Of a stretch of DNA of 64,000 nucleotides, positions 11,711 to 23,264 are shown piece by piece (position 1 is the stretch's first letter; each line of letters begins with the position of its first letter). Source of the stretch: Macrostomum lignano (taxonomy: Eukaryota); assembly GCA_002269645.1 (NCBI GenBank), contig NIVC01001791.1:1-64000 (forward strand), read 5' to 3'. The notes beneath the pieces are model-generated. The model worked only from the letters and a program-made list of their open reading frames with translations. It was not told where the DNA came from and made no database searches. The translations under genes and the position numbers were made by a program.

Positions 11711-14700
11711 AAACCGTCTCAATATTTCTGCCCGGCAGCATTGCTGGCCGGCCCTGCAGGTGGCTGTTCGACACTGGCGCACAGGTAACTTTAGTTTCAG
11801 CTGCGCTGCTTCGAGTTCTAGGAGTCGATGCTCAGCTTCATCCTCCTATCAGCACTCCGGTCGGAATCGATGGTCGACGCTTGGAGTCTCCGGCGAGTGC
11901 AACGATAGCGATACAGCTAGAGGGACTGCCATCCGTGGAGCACCAGGTAATGGTGGTTGCCGGGATTCAGCCGGAATGCGTGCTCGGTATGGACGCCATC
12001 GGGAAAATGTGCTCAAGTTTTAGCGTCAATCTCCCGGCGTCTTCTGTCCAGCTGGGGTCAACCAGGATCTCGATCTTGCCGGACAGGAGCTCCTCGCGGG
12101 CCTGCCGAGTGGTGCCCACCGCCGTGATTGCCAGAGTTGCCAGCACCGTGTCCATTCCAGCCCGCAGCCGCGTCATCATCCCAGTCAAAGTGCCATAGTC
12201 TGTCGAGCAGGGTCTATTCGAGCCCAGCTCAGATTTTATCGACAAGACTGGCCTGCTGCCAAACAGGGCTCTGGTGGTCTCCAGCGTAGACGGAAATCTC
12301 CCAGTGGGCGTCTGCAACGTGAGTGCCGACCCGGTGGTGCTCTACCAGAACCAGGCAATCGGCAACTTCGACGCTGCAGAAGTAAACGGAGCAGACGGTG
12401 AACCTGGTGAAGAGGAAGCTGGCTTTAACATCAACCCGGAGCTGAGCGAGTCGCAGCGCGAGCGCATCGAATCCTTGCTGTGCCAGGCAGAGCAGGCATT
12501 CGCCAGGCACGAGTTTGACCTGGGAACAACACACCTGCTGCAACACGAGATTAATCTGGAACCCGGCAGTCGCCCCATCAAGCATAGGCAACGGACCGTT
12601 CCCCTGAATTACCGGCAGCAAGTGGACGAGAAAATTAGCGAGATGCGGCGTCACGGGATTATCGAGCCGTCCTGCAGTCCATGGGCGAGTAATCTGCTTG
12701 TGGTGCGAAAGAAAAACAACGAGATTCGAATCTGCACCGACTGGAGAGCCCTCAACTCGTGCACCGTGAAGGACGCCTACCCGCTGCCTCCGCTGTCTGC
12801 TGCGCTGGACGCGCTCACTGGAAGCAGTTGGTTCAGCACTCTTGACCTCCGCCAAGGGTTCCTGCAGGTTGAGCTGCGAGAGCAAGACCGGGAGAAGACC
12901 GCTTTCTACACCACGCAGGGCCTGATGCAGTACAGGAAACTCGGGTTCGGCCTCTGCAACGCCCCGGCAACCTTTCAGCGCCTGATGGACCTAACGATGG
13001 CCGGCCTGAACTGGACAGAGGTGCTCACGTACATGGACGATCTGATTCTGTTTAGTCAGACCTTCGAGAAGCATGCGGAAACACTGGAACAGGTCCTGGG
13101 AAGACTGCAGTCTGCTGGCCTCAAATTGAACAAACGCAAGAGCTACTTCTGCTTCCAGGAGGTTGAGTACCTAGGACACAAAATCTCGGCAGAAGGCATT
13201 CGACCAACTCAGGACAAGGTCAGCGCTATCCAGTCCATCCCGATACCCGAATGCGCTGAGGATGTTCGCCGGCTTGTCGGCATGCTGGGCTTCTACCGGC
13301 GTTTCGTTCCGCACTTCGCCAGCATCGCTAATCCGCTTCATCAGGCGACTCAGAAGAGTCGACAGTTTCAATGGACAACTCAGTGCGATGACGCTCTGCG
13401 GAAGCTGAAGTCAGCTCTGTCGACACCACCCGTACTGAAGCTGCCTGACTTTTCCAAGGGATTCCGGTTGTGTTGTGACAGCAGCGGAGTGGCCATCGCC
13501 GGTGTCCTGAGCCAGCTCCACGAAGATGCCGAGTGTCCGGTAGCCTACGCGTCGAGAGTCCTGAACAAAGCGGAGCGCAATTATTCGACTACCCACAGAG
13601 AGCTTCTTGCGGTGGTCTGGGCGATGAAGCATTTCCGGAACTACTTGGCGTCCGCTGGCGAAATTCTCGTCTTCACCGACCACAAGCCGTTGCAAGGGTT
13701 GCTCAACACCAAGGAGCCAGAAGGCCGGCTAGCCAGATGGATTACGTTTCTGCAGGAGATCAACTTCAAGCTGCTCTTCAGACCTGGTCGCGAAAACGTG
13801 GTTGCGGACGCACTGAGCCGAGCAGCGGCGACCCGGCTGCACCCTGCCTGGTCGGACAACGACATCCGTGTAGCGCAGGCTGACGACCCAGTGCTAGCGG
13901 CGGCTCGACAAGTGCTCCTCGGACAAAGGCCAAGACGTGGCAAGGCTGCAGATGACGCAGAACACCTGGTGAGGACAGAGAAGCTGGACCTTGGTGAAGA
14001 TGGCGTCCTCAAGAAGAGTGGCCAACCCGTCATCCCGCGGCAGCTTCGCCAGGACCTGCTGCAGCTGCTGCACGACGATCCTGCAAGCGGGCACCTCGGA
14101 ACCGAAAGGACGCTGGCCAGAGTCGTCAGCAGAGCTTGGTGGCCCTGCCTAAAGGACGACGTCCAGCACTGGGTGAGCAGCTGCGAAGTGTGTCAGCGTC
14201 GCAAGGTACCGCATCAGCACCAGAGGGCCCCGCTGCAGAACAACACCGTGCCATCAGCTCCTTGGGAGATGGTGCAGGTGGACATCAAAGGGCCCCTCCC
14301 AGAGACTGAAGCCGGCCTCAGGTACATCATCTGCTTCACGGACGTGTTTTCCAAGTGGGTTGAGGCGACCGCGGTGTCCAACATTGAGGCCCGGACGGTT
14401 GTGGATGCGCTGCTAAGGAGTGTCGTTCTTCGCCACGGAGCGCCCGAAGTCATCCACTCCGATCAGGGTCGTCAGTTTGAAAGTGACATCTTCCAAGAGC
14501 TGTGCCGCCTGCTGGATATTCGCAAGACAAGAACGACACCCTTCCATCCCAGCGGCAACCCTGCAGTCGAGCGGTTCAACCGAACATTAGGCGACATGCT
14601 GGCGGCGTACTGCATGGAACAGCAGAACAAATGGGCGGACTTCCTGCCGTACGTCATCTGGGCTTACAACTCTTCAGCACACTGCACCACCAAGAGGTCG

Positions 14701-15112
14701 CCCTACGCAGTGCTTCACGGATGTGACCCCAGGATCCCGGCAGAGCTCAGTTTACCTGCAGGCGGCGAAAGGAGGTACGTCACGGACACGCTGGCAGACG
14801 CTCGCACCGGCTTGCAGCTCGTGCGGCAGCGCCTGCAGTCGACACAGCGGTCACGGAAGCAGCAGTACGACAAGCGCCAGCACTTCACGCCGATCCAAGT
14901 CAACTCTGGTGATGCTCAGCAACCCGGCGGTGTTGAAGGGCCAGTCCAAGGCTCTCCGTCGGCGGTGGCTGGGACCGTACCGCGTGCTCGAGAGGCTGGG
15001 CCCCGTCACCTACCGGATCTCAAAACCCGCCGGCCGGAGACGAAGCACGGTGGTGCATCACGACCGGCTCAAGCTGTTCGTGCGCAGGCGGCCGCAGCCC
15101 GCTTCCTGGTAG
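11654..15112 (+). pseudogene. Gypsy pol (aspartic protease, RT, RNase H, integrase with GPY/F module); TAG at 12196-12198 and a frameshift near 14905
   Basis: LFDTGA protease, YMDD RT, RNase H (CCDSS...TDHKPL), HDDPASGH...CEVC zinc finger, VDIKGP / HSDQG / VERFN catalytic core. WLGPYRV continues in a shifted frame. Confidence 0.93.
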
Positions 15113-15368
15113 TCCGCCCCGACTCCGCCCGCTGCAGAGGCCGGCCGACCGCCCAGCCCGGCTGTCGATCCGCGGCTGACCTGGACGGACTTGCTGGATG
15201 AGCCGACCGCAGTCGGCCCTCGGCGTTCGGCAAGGACTCGAAGACCGCTTGATTTTTATGCTGCGCAAAACTAGTTTACTGGTTCATTTTTGCTATTCGT
15301 GCATTTTTAATTCTCCTTGTGTTACTGCCTCTTTTGTCTTTTCGCAGTTTTTTTATTATCCTCAATTT

Positions 15369-15381
15369 AGGGAAGGAGTGA
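15369..15381 (+). promoter_or_regulatory. Polypurine tract
   Basis: AGGGAAGGAGTGA directly before the 3' LTR. Confidence 0.8.
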
Positions 15382-15562
15382 TGTAAGAGGCGTGAATGTT
15401 TTCGCTGTTGTGTGGTTGTTATTGGGTCGGAGTTATTCATCTGCAAATAATCGCGATGTACATTGATTGGTGTACATTGCAAATATATAAATCGTTGCGC
15501 GTGGCTTTAGCCACTTCGTGTGTATTTGGTCTCGCTTAACTCTCGCCTTCTCTCAGTTTACA
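15382..15562 (+). repeat. 3' LTR (181 bp)
   Basis: TGTAAGAGGC...CAGTTTACA followed by the TSD GCCC. Contains a TATA-like AAATATATAAAT at 15481-15492. Confidence 0.9.
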
Positions 15563-15759
15563 GCCCTAAAATGCAAATATTGTAACCATTATATTCATTT
15601 TCACAACACCATTGTCATCCAAAAGATTGACTTTTCCGGATCGACCATCTGTCAAAGACACTGCGGACCACTCGCGGAATCATGATTCAGACCCGACAAA
15701 GACTTCTGTCAAACGTTACTTATAAACCTTCTGCATAGTTTTACAACAGCAACAACCCT

Positions 15760-18700
15760 GAAGAACCTGATCCCACTGCCGGGGACACGCGCCGCTCCCA
15801 CCAAGAAGGCTGGAACCCTGAAAAGAACTCTGAACTCAATACTCCAATGGAACGTCAGCAACCAAATGGACGAGCTCCAGTACCTGGTCATCCGGCTTCA
15901 AGTCGATATTGTTGCGGTGCAGGAGTCGAAGCTCACCTCTTTCAACAGGACCCCCGCATCCCGGTGTTCAGCACCCTCCGCAAAGATCGTCAAACCGCCC
16001 GGCTCGACCCGAACGTCAAAGGTGACGGCCTGCTCTTTTTCATCCGGCAAGGCATCCCATTCAAGAAGCTGAGAGGCTGATCCGGTGGCACCACCGAAGG
16101 ATGTAGAATATCGATAAGCACCTCAGCCAGGCATAAACTTGTCAACTCCAACATTTACCGGCCCCCATTCGTCGCGTTGAAGGTGAGGACCACCGTTAAC
16201 ACCCCAGCGTCGACAACTGGCTCCGGTGCTTCCACCGCGAGATCCTGGTTGGTGCTTTCAACTTACATCACCGCGCCTGTGGCAGCGACCCTGATCAAGG
16301 ACCTGAGGGTGCAGCTCAAGCTCACTGCTTTGGTTGACTGGTGTGACTCTACAGGCTACCGCATTCTTATCACGGGTGAGCACACTTGCGTTGACAGAGG
16401 CACCGGTCGGTCCAGCGCATCCGATCTCACCATTGCTAGCCAATCCGTGGCCGACCACTGCAACTGGCGGCCGCTTACCGAGATTGGATCCGACCATCGG
16501 CCTATCCCGTTGACGGTGCCGTCTCAGCTGGGCACGGAAAAGGTGGACTAGGCCGCCTACCAGGCCCTTCTTGCTGCGGACTCGGACCATCTCAACAGTG
16601 GCTCGATTAAGAAGCAGATCACCAGGCTGTGCTTTGTGATGCTCAAAGCCGCTGAAGCGGCCATTCCGCTCAAAAAGGTGTCTAATAATAACAAGCCCTA
16701 TTCGGACGATGAGCTCAGCGCGCTCCGCAAATCCCGTAATCTGCTGCGAGAATCGAGCGCTCCTCCCCGCGAGTGGCTTGAAAAAAGCCATGAGCTGTCC
16801 AAACTCTGCGCCACTATAAGAAAGCCGAATTCTGACAAAACTATGTCATCAAAATGTCAGTCAGATTCCTCCGACTGCAAGCAGGTCTGGAGGACTGTCA
16901 TGTGCCTGACCAACGGCCATCAGCAATCCCCCTAGCGAATCGCTTGTCGTCAACGGTCGAGAACTGCGCTCGGACAAGGAAAAAGCTAATACCGACACTA
17001 CGAGGAAATCAGCACTCTCAAGCACACAACTGGGGACCGCAAAATCAAAGTTCCCACGGCCAAGCGCCTGTCTCGATACTCTGTGGACAACGATCACTAC
17101 TGCAGGGATTTCACTCCTGGCGAATTGAGACGGGCCGTCGATAAAAACTCGACCCAGCCAAAAAAGTGTGGCCCCGACGATATTAAAGCGGCCTTTTGTC
17201 CATCTCCCGGACTCCTGGATGAGTGCCTGACTCTCTGTCTTCAACCGCTGCTGGCGCACTGGCCACTCTCCTGGAGTCTGGAAGAAGGCTGTTATTGTCC
17301 CACTGCTGAAGCATGGCAAAGATCCCAAAGAATTCGGTAGCTATAGGCCAGTCAGCCTCACCTCCATCTGCGGCAAAATTCTTGAGCGGCTTATTCTGGA
17401 CCGCCTCTACTGCAGGCTTGAATGCGACAAACGCCCGCACCTGAAATCGGTGGCCGTCCTCATCGATTGCTCACGCGCGTTCGATCGAGTCTGGTGTACT
17501 TGAATCATTGGCCGGATGATGGATGAAGGCATTCCCGCTTGCATGGTGCACTGGTTTGCCAGCTTCCTCGAAGGCAGGCAGATGGCCGTGCGGATTGGCT
17601 CCACGATTGGGAAGTGGCGCAGGCTGCGGGAGGCCTCCCCCAGGGCGCCGTCAGCTCGCCAGTCCTCTGCACTAACATGTGGTCTGGACACACTGCGCTC
17701 CACATCGACTACAGTGGCTATGCCGATAATCTCGCGCTATGGACTACCGACCGTAACTTGCAGGAAACCCAGGCGCGGCTCCAGGCCGCCCTACAGCACG
17801 TTGAAGGCTGGCTGGGCTTCCCACCTGCGCATTGACATCAATTCGTCTGAAACGGAGTGCTGTATTATCTCTCATGATCGGGATGATCGCCACCGCAATC
17901 TTAACATCGCGCTTCTCGGTCAGCAGATTACCATGCAGCCAGAGATCAAGTTCCTCGGTATCTGGATTGACCGAGGCCTCCTCTTTGACAAGCAGACTTC
18001 CTCTGTCCGGGACAAAATGCTCCGCCGGGCGGCCATCCTGCGGGCCCTCGCTCACCGTGAGGTGTCTACCGCGCCCTTGATGAATCCGTCATCTGGCACG
18101 CGGCTGCAGTCTAGAGACCGTGGCTGGCCATGACTCGCCTCAACGCCCTCGACCGCATGCAGCGCGAAGCCCTCCGGATCGTAACAGGTCTCCCTCGCTT
18201 GACCCCCGTTGAGGCCATCTACTTGGAGGCGGGCGTCACGCCTATTAGCCTGAAGCTGGCTTGCTGCGAACAAGGGGTCTCCCGAGGAGGCCGCTATCCT
18301 CATGATAGCTAGAGTGTCATCGCGGCCCTGCAGGCGGATCGCCCGACCACCAATCCTCTGGTCGAAAACGTGAAGGAGCGCCTCATCACCGCTGCCCACT
18401 AGACCAGAATCACCGTGCAATGGGTGCCAGGGCACTCTGGAGTCACAGGCAATGAGCTTGTTGACGCGGAGGCAAGGCAAACGACCACCCTCCCGCAAGA
18501 CAACGTCGCCATCACCTTCAAATCCGCTAAGGCCCGCATCCGGTACCTCCTCAGGTATAGACCTACCCTGACTGCCCACTGATCCGAGACTCACGGCCAA
18601 ACTGTCACCATGCACACGGGCCCAAGAAGACAGCAGGTCCTCGTCTCACAAATCCGTTCCGGCCACTGCCCAGACTCGGCATACTACCGAAACGAGTTGG

Positions 18701-18910
18701 TGGTAACTGTTGGCTCTGCGAGGAGGCGGTGGACCAGTTCCATCTGTTTAACTGTTCGGCCCTTGAATCTCAGCGCCGTGCCAACGGAATTTGCAGCTTA
18801 ATTAAGAGATCTCAATCGCACCGACGTTGTGGCGCTTCTTCTGGGGGCCATCGGCTTGTGTCCCTTCTAGGAGAGGCTCACCGCATCTATCAACAACAAA
18901 AACAACAATA
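15760..18910 (+). mobile_element. Decayed non-LTR retrotransposon of the I group (I/Nimb/Ingi-like): APE-RT-RNase H-CCHC with a (CAA)n tail
   Basis: APE: ILQWNV, VAVQES, GSDHRPI. RT: SYRPVSLTSICGKILER, DCSRAFDRV, LPQGAVSSP, YADN, IKFLGI. RNase H: VQWVPGHSGVTGNELVD. C-terminal QIRSGH and a Cys motif. Many stops and frameshifts. The 5' boundary is approximate. Confidence 0.88.
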
Positions 18911-19157
18911 GGAACAGGAAAAAAAATAACAACAACAACACAAAGGATGAGATCTAGAAAAGTAGTCATGCAGTCAAGGTGGAGGACAAGTCCACCCTGC
19001 CAACGCGGTGTTGAGCGCCTCTGTGTCGCACAGCCGACAGTCCACGTATCGACGGGTTCGGATCTGGACAAGCCTGCAGCTGGGCCCTCTGGTACAGGGC
19101 CTCGCGGTCCCAACACCTCTATCGTGACCATTAGCGTCCACGTCTCGGCAAAAAAGA

Positions 19158-19273
19158 GGGGTCGTACTATAAAGCTGTCGTAGCGTAAGTTCGGTCGTAC
19201 GTCGGAACTTTTACACTACGGTGATGGGAGCTAAGAACGATCTTATCTTACGATGGCTTTATAGAACGGGCCC
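19158..19273. mobile_element. Short MITE-like element, possibly PIF/Harbinger type
   Basis: Imperfect ~26-bp TIRs: ggggtcgtactataaagctgtcgtag versus the reverse complement gggcccgttctataaagccatcgtaag. AGA on both flanks. Confidence 0.5.
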
Positions 19274-19747
19274 AGAATCTTTCAAAACGAAAAAATCTTA
19301 GCAGTAGATCTTGAATAAGAGTCAACCCATTATTAACGTTGACTTTGAGAAAGTTTTATTTTTCTGTTTTACCATTGCAGGCTATGTACATCTATGTACT
19401 ATGTACTATATATGTACTATATGTATCTATGTATCTATGTACATCCGTGTACATAGATATTTCGATTTACAAATTCCCAGAAGCTCTGGGGGGATGACGC
19501 GTTTTCTATATTTAGAAAGAGACAAAAAATTTCGGCAAAATAAAATGTTCTATTATTATTTTAAAGATGGTCTTAGAAGTAGCTGTAAAAAAATTAGCTG
19601 TAAAAAACGAAGTTTCGATATTTTTAATATTTAATATTCTTCGTCAAGACTAAAATAATGAGTGCAAATATGATGCTGTGTACATCCGAATAAGTCGTAG
19701 ATGCAGCTACTTTTAAAAATAATACGAAATATAGTAAAGAATACCAG

Positions 19748-19757
19748 ACAGACAGAC

Positions 19758-19849
<92 letters not shown>
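19748..19849. repeat. (AG)n microsatellite
   Basis: Seen directly in the sequence. Confidence 0.95.
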
Positions 19850-19851
<2 letters not shown>

Positions 19852-20302
19852 CAATATTTATTTCGCGTGTAGGGTCGCTGCAGCCCACGTGCGGTTCGCT
19901 TTATTTGTGCACTGATTCAGTGATTTTGCATTTCCTATATACTAAAAATGTGATGTCTATATATATATATATGTGATAGATTAGAGAAAAAATGGCTGGA
20001 CCGATTTTGTTCGAACTTGCACTGTTCGATCAGAAATTTTCCCGTGACTGTACATGCATCGTGGCTAAGAAATTGCTCGATGCTAAAGGCATTAAATATT
20101 CGAAAAAACATGCTTTTTTGCAAAGGTCAAGCAAACTTTTCGACTTGAAATGCATTGTAAGAATGCTAGAGAAAAATTTAAGTCTAATACTGTTTTATCG
20201 ACTCACACCGAGTGTACATACTTACCGTACGCTCTCTATCCACCTGTCTACTCTCTCTCCCCTCTAACCCCGCATATTTAATAACTTTTACAACGCCCGT
20301 AC

Positions 20303-20348
20303 TTGTCGCCCTGACGAAGAAATATAATAATTTCGAAATATCGGCAAT
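20303..20348 (+). ncRNA. Candidate minimal type I hammerhead ribozyme (Penelope-like)
   Basis: CTGACGA (20311-20317), an extra A, short stem II (GAAA/TTTC), GAAA (20335-20338), minimal palindromic stem III ATAT, cleavage triplet ATC (20340-20342), and stem I GCC/GGC. Confidence 0.6.
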
Positions 20349-20554
20349 TCAATTAAATTGACTTTGTTCAGTCCTTTCTACCGCTACCGTGTCAGTGCCT
20401 GAGATTGGAGGTGCCCTCCTCTCTCTCTCTCTCTCATGAATTACGGACACCCAAAAAATCACACGGAACATTGACATCATTCAAAGCAAAAACTTTCCTC
20501 ATCGATTTGTGTCCTGCAGTCTCAGGGGAATTCTCGTTAACATGGCAAAAATTC

Positions 20555-21375
20555 TTCCCCTGATACCCAACTCTTTCCCCTGACACCAAACTGCTTCTTC
20601 TGACACCCAACTGCTTCTCTGACATCAAACCAGTGGCGTAGCCAGGGGGGGGGGGCGGGGGGGCGCGCCCCCCCCCTCCAATCTCCTGGGGGGTGGGGTT
20701 GGGCGCGGCGGGTACCAAAAACCATGAGGCAATTGAGTGCCTGTGGCGCCAAAATGAGTGCCTGCGGCGCTAAATTGAGTGCCTGCGGCGCCAAAATGTG
20801 CCTGCGGCGCCAAAATGTGCCTGCGGCGCTAAACTGAGTGCCTGCGGCGCCAAAATGTGCCTGCGGCGCCAAAATGAGTGCCTGCGGCGCCAAAATGAGT
20901 GCCTGCGGCGCTAAACTGAGTGCCTGCGGCGCCAAAAGGGGCAATGGCATAAGGCATGCCCAGCCAGGCCAACCCGCCCCCCCCCCCAATTGAAATTCCT
21001 GGCTACGCCACTACATCAAACTGCTTTCCCTGACACCCAACTGCTTCCCCTGACACCCAAACTGCTTCCCCTGACACCCAACTGCTTCTCTGACATCAAA
21101 CTGCTTTCCCTGACACCCAACTGCTTCCCCTGACACCCAAACTGCTTCCCCTGACACCCAACTGCTTCTCTGACATCAAACTGCTTCCCCTGACACCCAA
21201 CCGCTTCCCCTGACACCTAAACTGCTTCCCCTGACACCCAAACTGCTTCCCCTGACACCCAACTGCTTCTCTGACATCAAACTGCTTCCCCTGACACCCA
21301 ACCGCTTCCCCTGACACCTAAACTGCTTCCCCTGACACCCAAACCGCTTCCCGCCCTGACACCCAACTGCTTCCC
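20555..21375. repeat. 20-21-bp minisatellite (CTGACACCCAACTGCTTCCC), interrupted by a hAT MITE
   Basis: Seen directly. The same family recurs at 23870-24638 and ~24930-25290. Confidence 0.9.
20631..21013. mobile_element. Non-autonomous hAT-type MITE (383 bp)
   Basis: TIRs CAGTGGCGTAGCCAGG / CCTGGCTACGCCACTA, 8-bp TSD CATCAAAC (20623-20630 and 21014-21021), internal ~21-bp repeats. Confidence 0.9.
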
Positions 21376-21654
21376 TTAATACTCAAGAGCTCTTACTCTT
21401 AGTAATCTGCTGTTCCTGACAACAAAATTAGCCTATCCTGACAACCAACTGCGTTTCCTGAAGTTTTATGACACAGTTTCATTTCTTTGACATTTCTGAC
21501 ATTTTCCCCTTGATCAGTCAATTGTTACTCTGAAGAACCTATAGCCTTTAACTTGTGTGTGTGCTGTAAAATGGAGACATTTCAATTGGCTTATTTTTCT
21601 AGCTTTAAGGCACTACGAGCTAACTATAGCAGAAGCCAATAGACGAGGGCCAAT

Positions 21655-21703
<49 letters not shown>

Positions 21704-22149
21704 TTGAACGAGATTTGGGATGAAGTTTTGTAGACAAGGAAGTGCTGAAGACGTACGGCGCACAAAGAAAGCAGCGGCTGTTCAAGTCTGCTGCTGCCCC
21801 CCTTCCGCGTCGCGCATTAAAAATGGGGTGCTGCCACTGAGCACTGCATAGCATTCTTCAGGAAATTAAAAAAAATGAACTAGGCAACCTCAGCTAAAGC
21901 CTGCTAATCCCTTTTGGAATGCTCGCTACCAAAAAGATCCTAATCATCCGACGCATGAGCAGCCGAACGTCTAAATTAGACTGACAGGCGGTCAAAGTTG
22001 TTAAAAAATCAAGGCAACAATTAAGCAAAATGCGGACAGCTGCAGATCTTTTCGAGGATCGATCAAATAAAAGGTAGGGTAGTTGAGTTGCTGTTGAGAT
22101 GGGGAGAGGGGTGAGAGAGGAGAGGGGTGAGAGAAGGAGAGAGGGGGAG

Positions 22150-23090
22150 GAGTGAGAGAGGGAGAGGGGAAATGAGGGAGAGGATCGTGAGAGAGGGAGA
22201 GGGTAAATGAGGGAGAGGATCGTGAGAGAGGGAGAGGGGAAATGAGGGAGAGGATCGTGAGAGAGGGAGAGGGGAAATGAGGGAGAGGATCGTGAGCGAA
22301 GGAGAGGGGAAATGAGGGAGAGGATCGTGAGAGAGGGAGAGGGGAAATGAGGGAGAGGATCGTGAGAGAGGGAGAGGGGAAATGAGGGAGAGGATCGTGA
22401 GCGAAGGAGAGGGGAAATGAGGGAGAGGATCGTGGGAGAGGGAGAGGGGAAATGAGGGAGAGGATCGTGGGAGAGGGAGAGGGGAAATGAGGGAGAGGAT
22501 CGTGGGAGAGGGAGAGGGGAAATGAGGGAGAGGATCGTGAGAGAGGGAGAGGATCGTGGGAGAGGGAGAGGGGAAATGAGGGAGAGGATCGTGGGAGAGG
22601 GAGAGGGGAAATGAGGGAGAGGATCGTGAGAGAGGGAGAGGGGAAATGAGGGAGAGGATCGTGAGAGAGGGAGAGGGGAAATGAGGGAGAGGATCGTGAG
22701 AGAGGGAGAGGGGAAATGAGGGAGAGGATCGTGAGCGAAGGAGAGGGGAAATGAGGGAGAGGATCGTGGGAGAGGGAGAGGGGAAATGAGCGAGAGGATC
22801 GTGAGAGAGGGAGAGGGGAAATGAGCGAGAGGATCGTGAGAGAGGGAGAGGGGAAATGAGGGAGAGGATCGTGAGAGAGGGAGAGGGGAAACGAGGGAGA
22901 GGATCGTGAGCGAGGGAGAGGGGAAATGAGGGAGAGGATCGTGAGAGAGGGAGAGGGGAAACGAGGGAGAGGATCGTGAGAGAGGGAGAGGGGAAACGAG
23001 GGAGAGGATCGTGAGAGAGGGAGAGGGGAAACGAGGGAGAGGATTGTGAGAGAGGGAGAGGGGAAACGAGGGAGAGGATCGTGAGAGAGG
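22150..23090. repeat. 35-bp purine-rich minisatellite
   Basis: Unit GAGAGAGGGAGAGGGGAAATGAGGGAGAGGATCGT. Confidence 0.92.
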
Positions 23091-23264
23091 AAAAAGAGAG
23101 AGAGTAAGAGAGAGGGAGAGAGAGGGAGAGGGGTGAGAGGGAGATGGGGAGAGAGGGAGACGGGTGAGAGAAGGAGAGTAAAACATCGTGCAAAAATGAC
23201 AGTTAGTCATAAAATCTGACAAATCCGTTAGACGCAGTGGTTGAGCCATTTGAGTCTGCAGTCC

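Larger units (their letters stand above)
10746..15562 (+). mobile_element. Ty3/Gypsy LTR retrotransposon, full length but decayed
   Basis: TG...CA termini with a 4-bp TSD GCCC (10742-10745 and 15563-15566), PBS, PPT, gag with two CCHC knuckles, and pol in PR-RT-RH-IN order. Confidence 0.97.

Noticed and set aside
15100-15380. env gene or chromodomain after the Gypsy integrase
   Set aside because: Only ~270 bp separate the integrase from the PPT, with no recognisable motif.
15600-15850. 2A-like (DxExNPGP) peptide at the LINE N-terminus, as seen in some Ingi, CR1 and L2 elements
   Set aside because: I found no NPGP motif upstream of the APE domain in the frames I read.
19930-20300. Non-autonomous Helitron/Helentron-like element
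   Set aside because: The 5' part (TATATACTAAAAATG, (TA)n, GGCTGGACCGAT) is reminiscent, but I found no 3' hairpin plus CTRR end, and the downstream hammerhead-like motif points to a PLE origin instead. Left unassigned.
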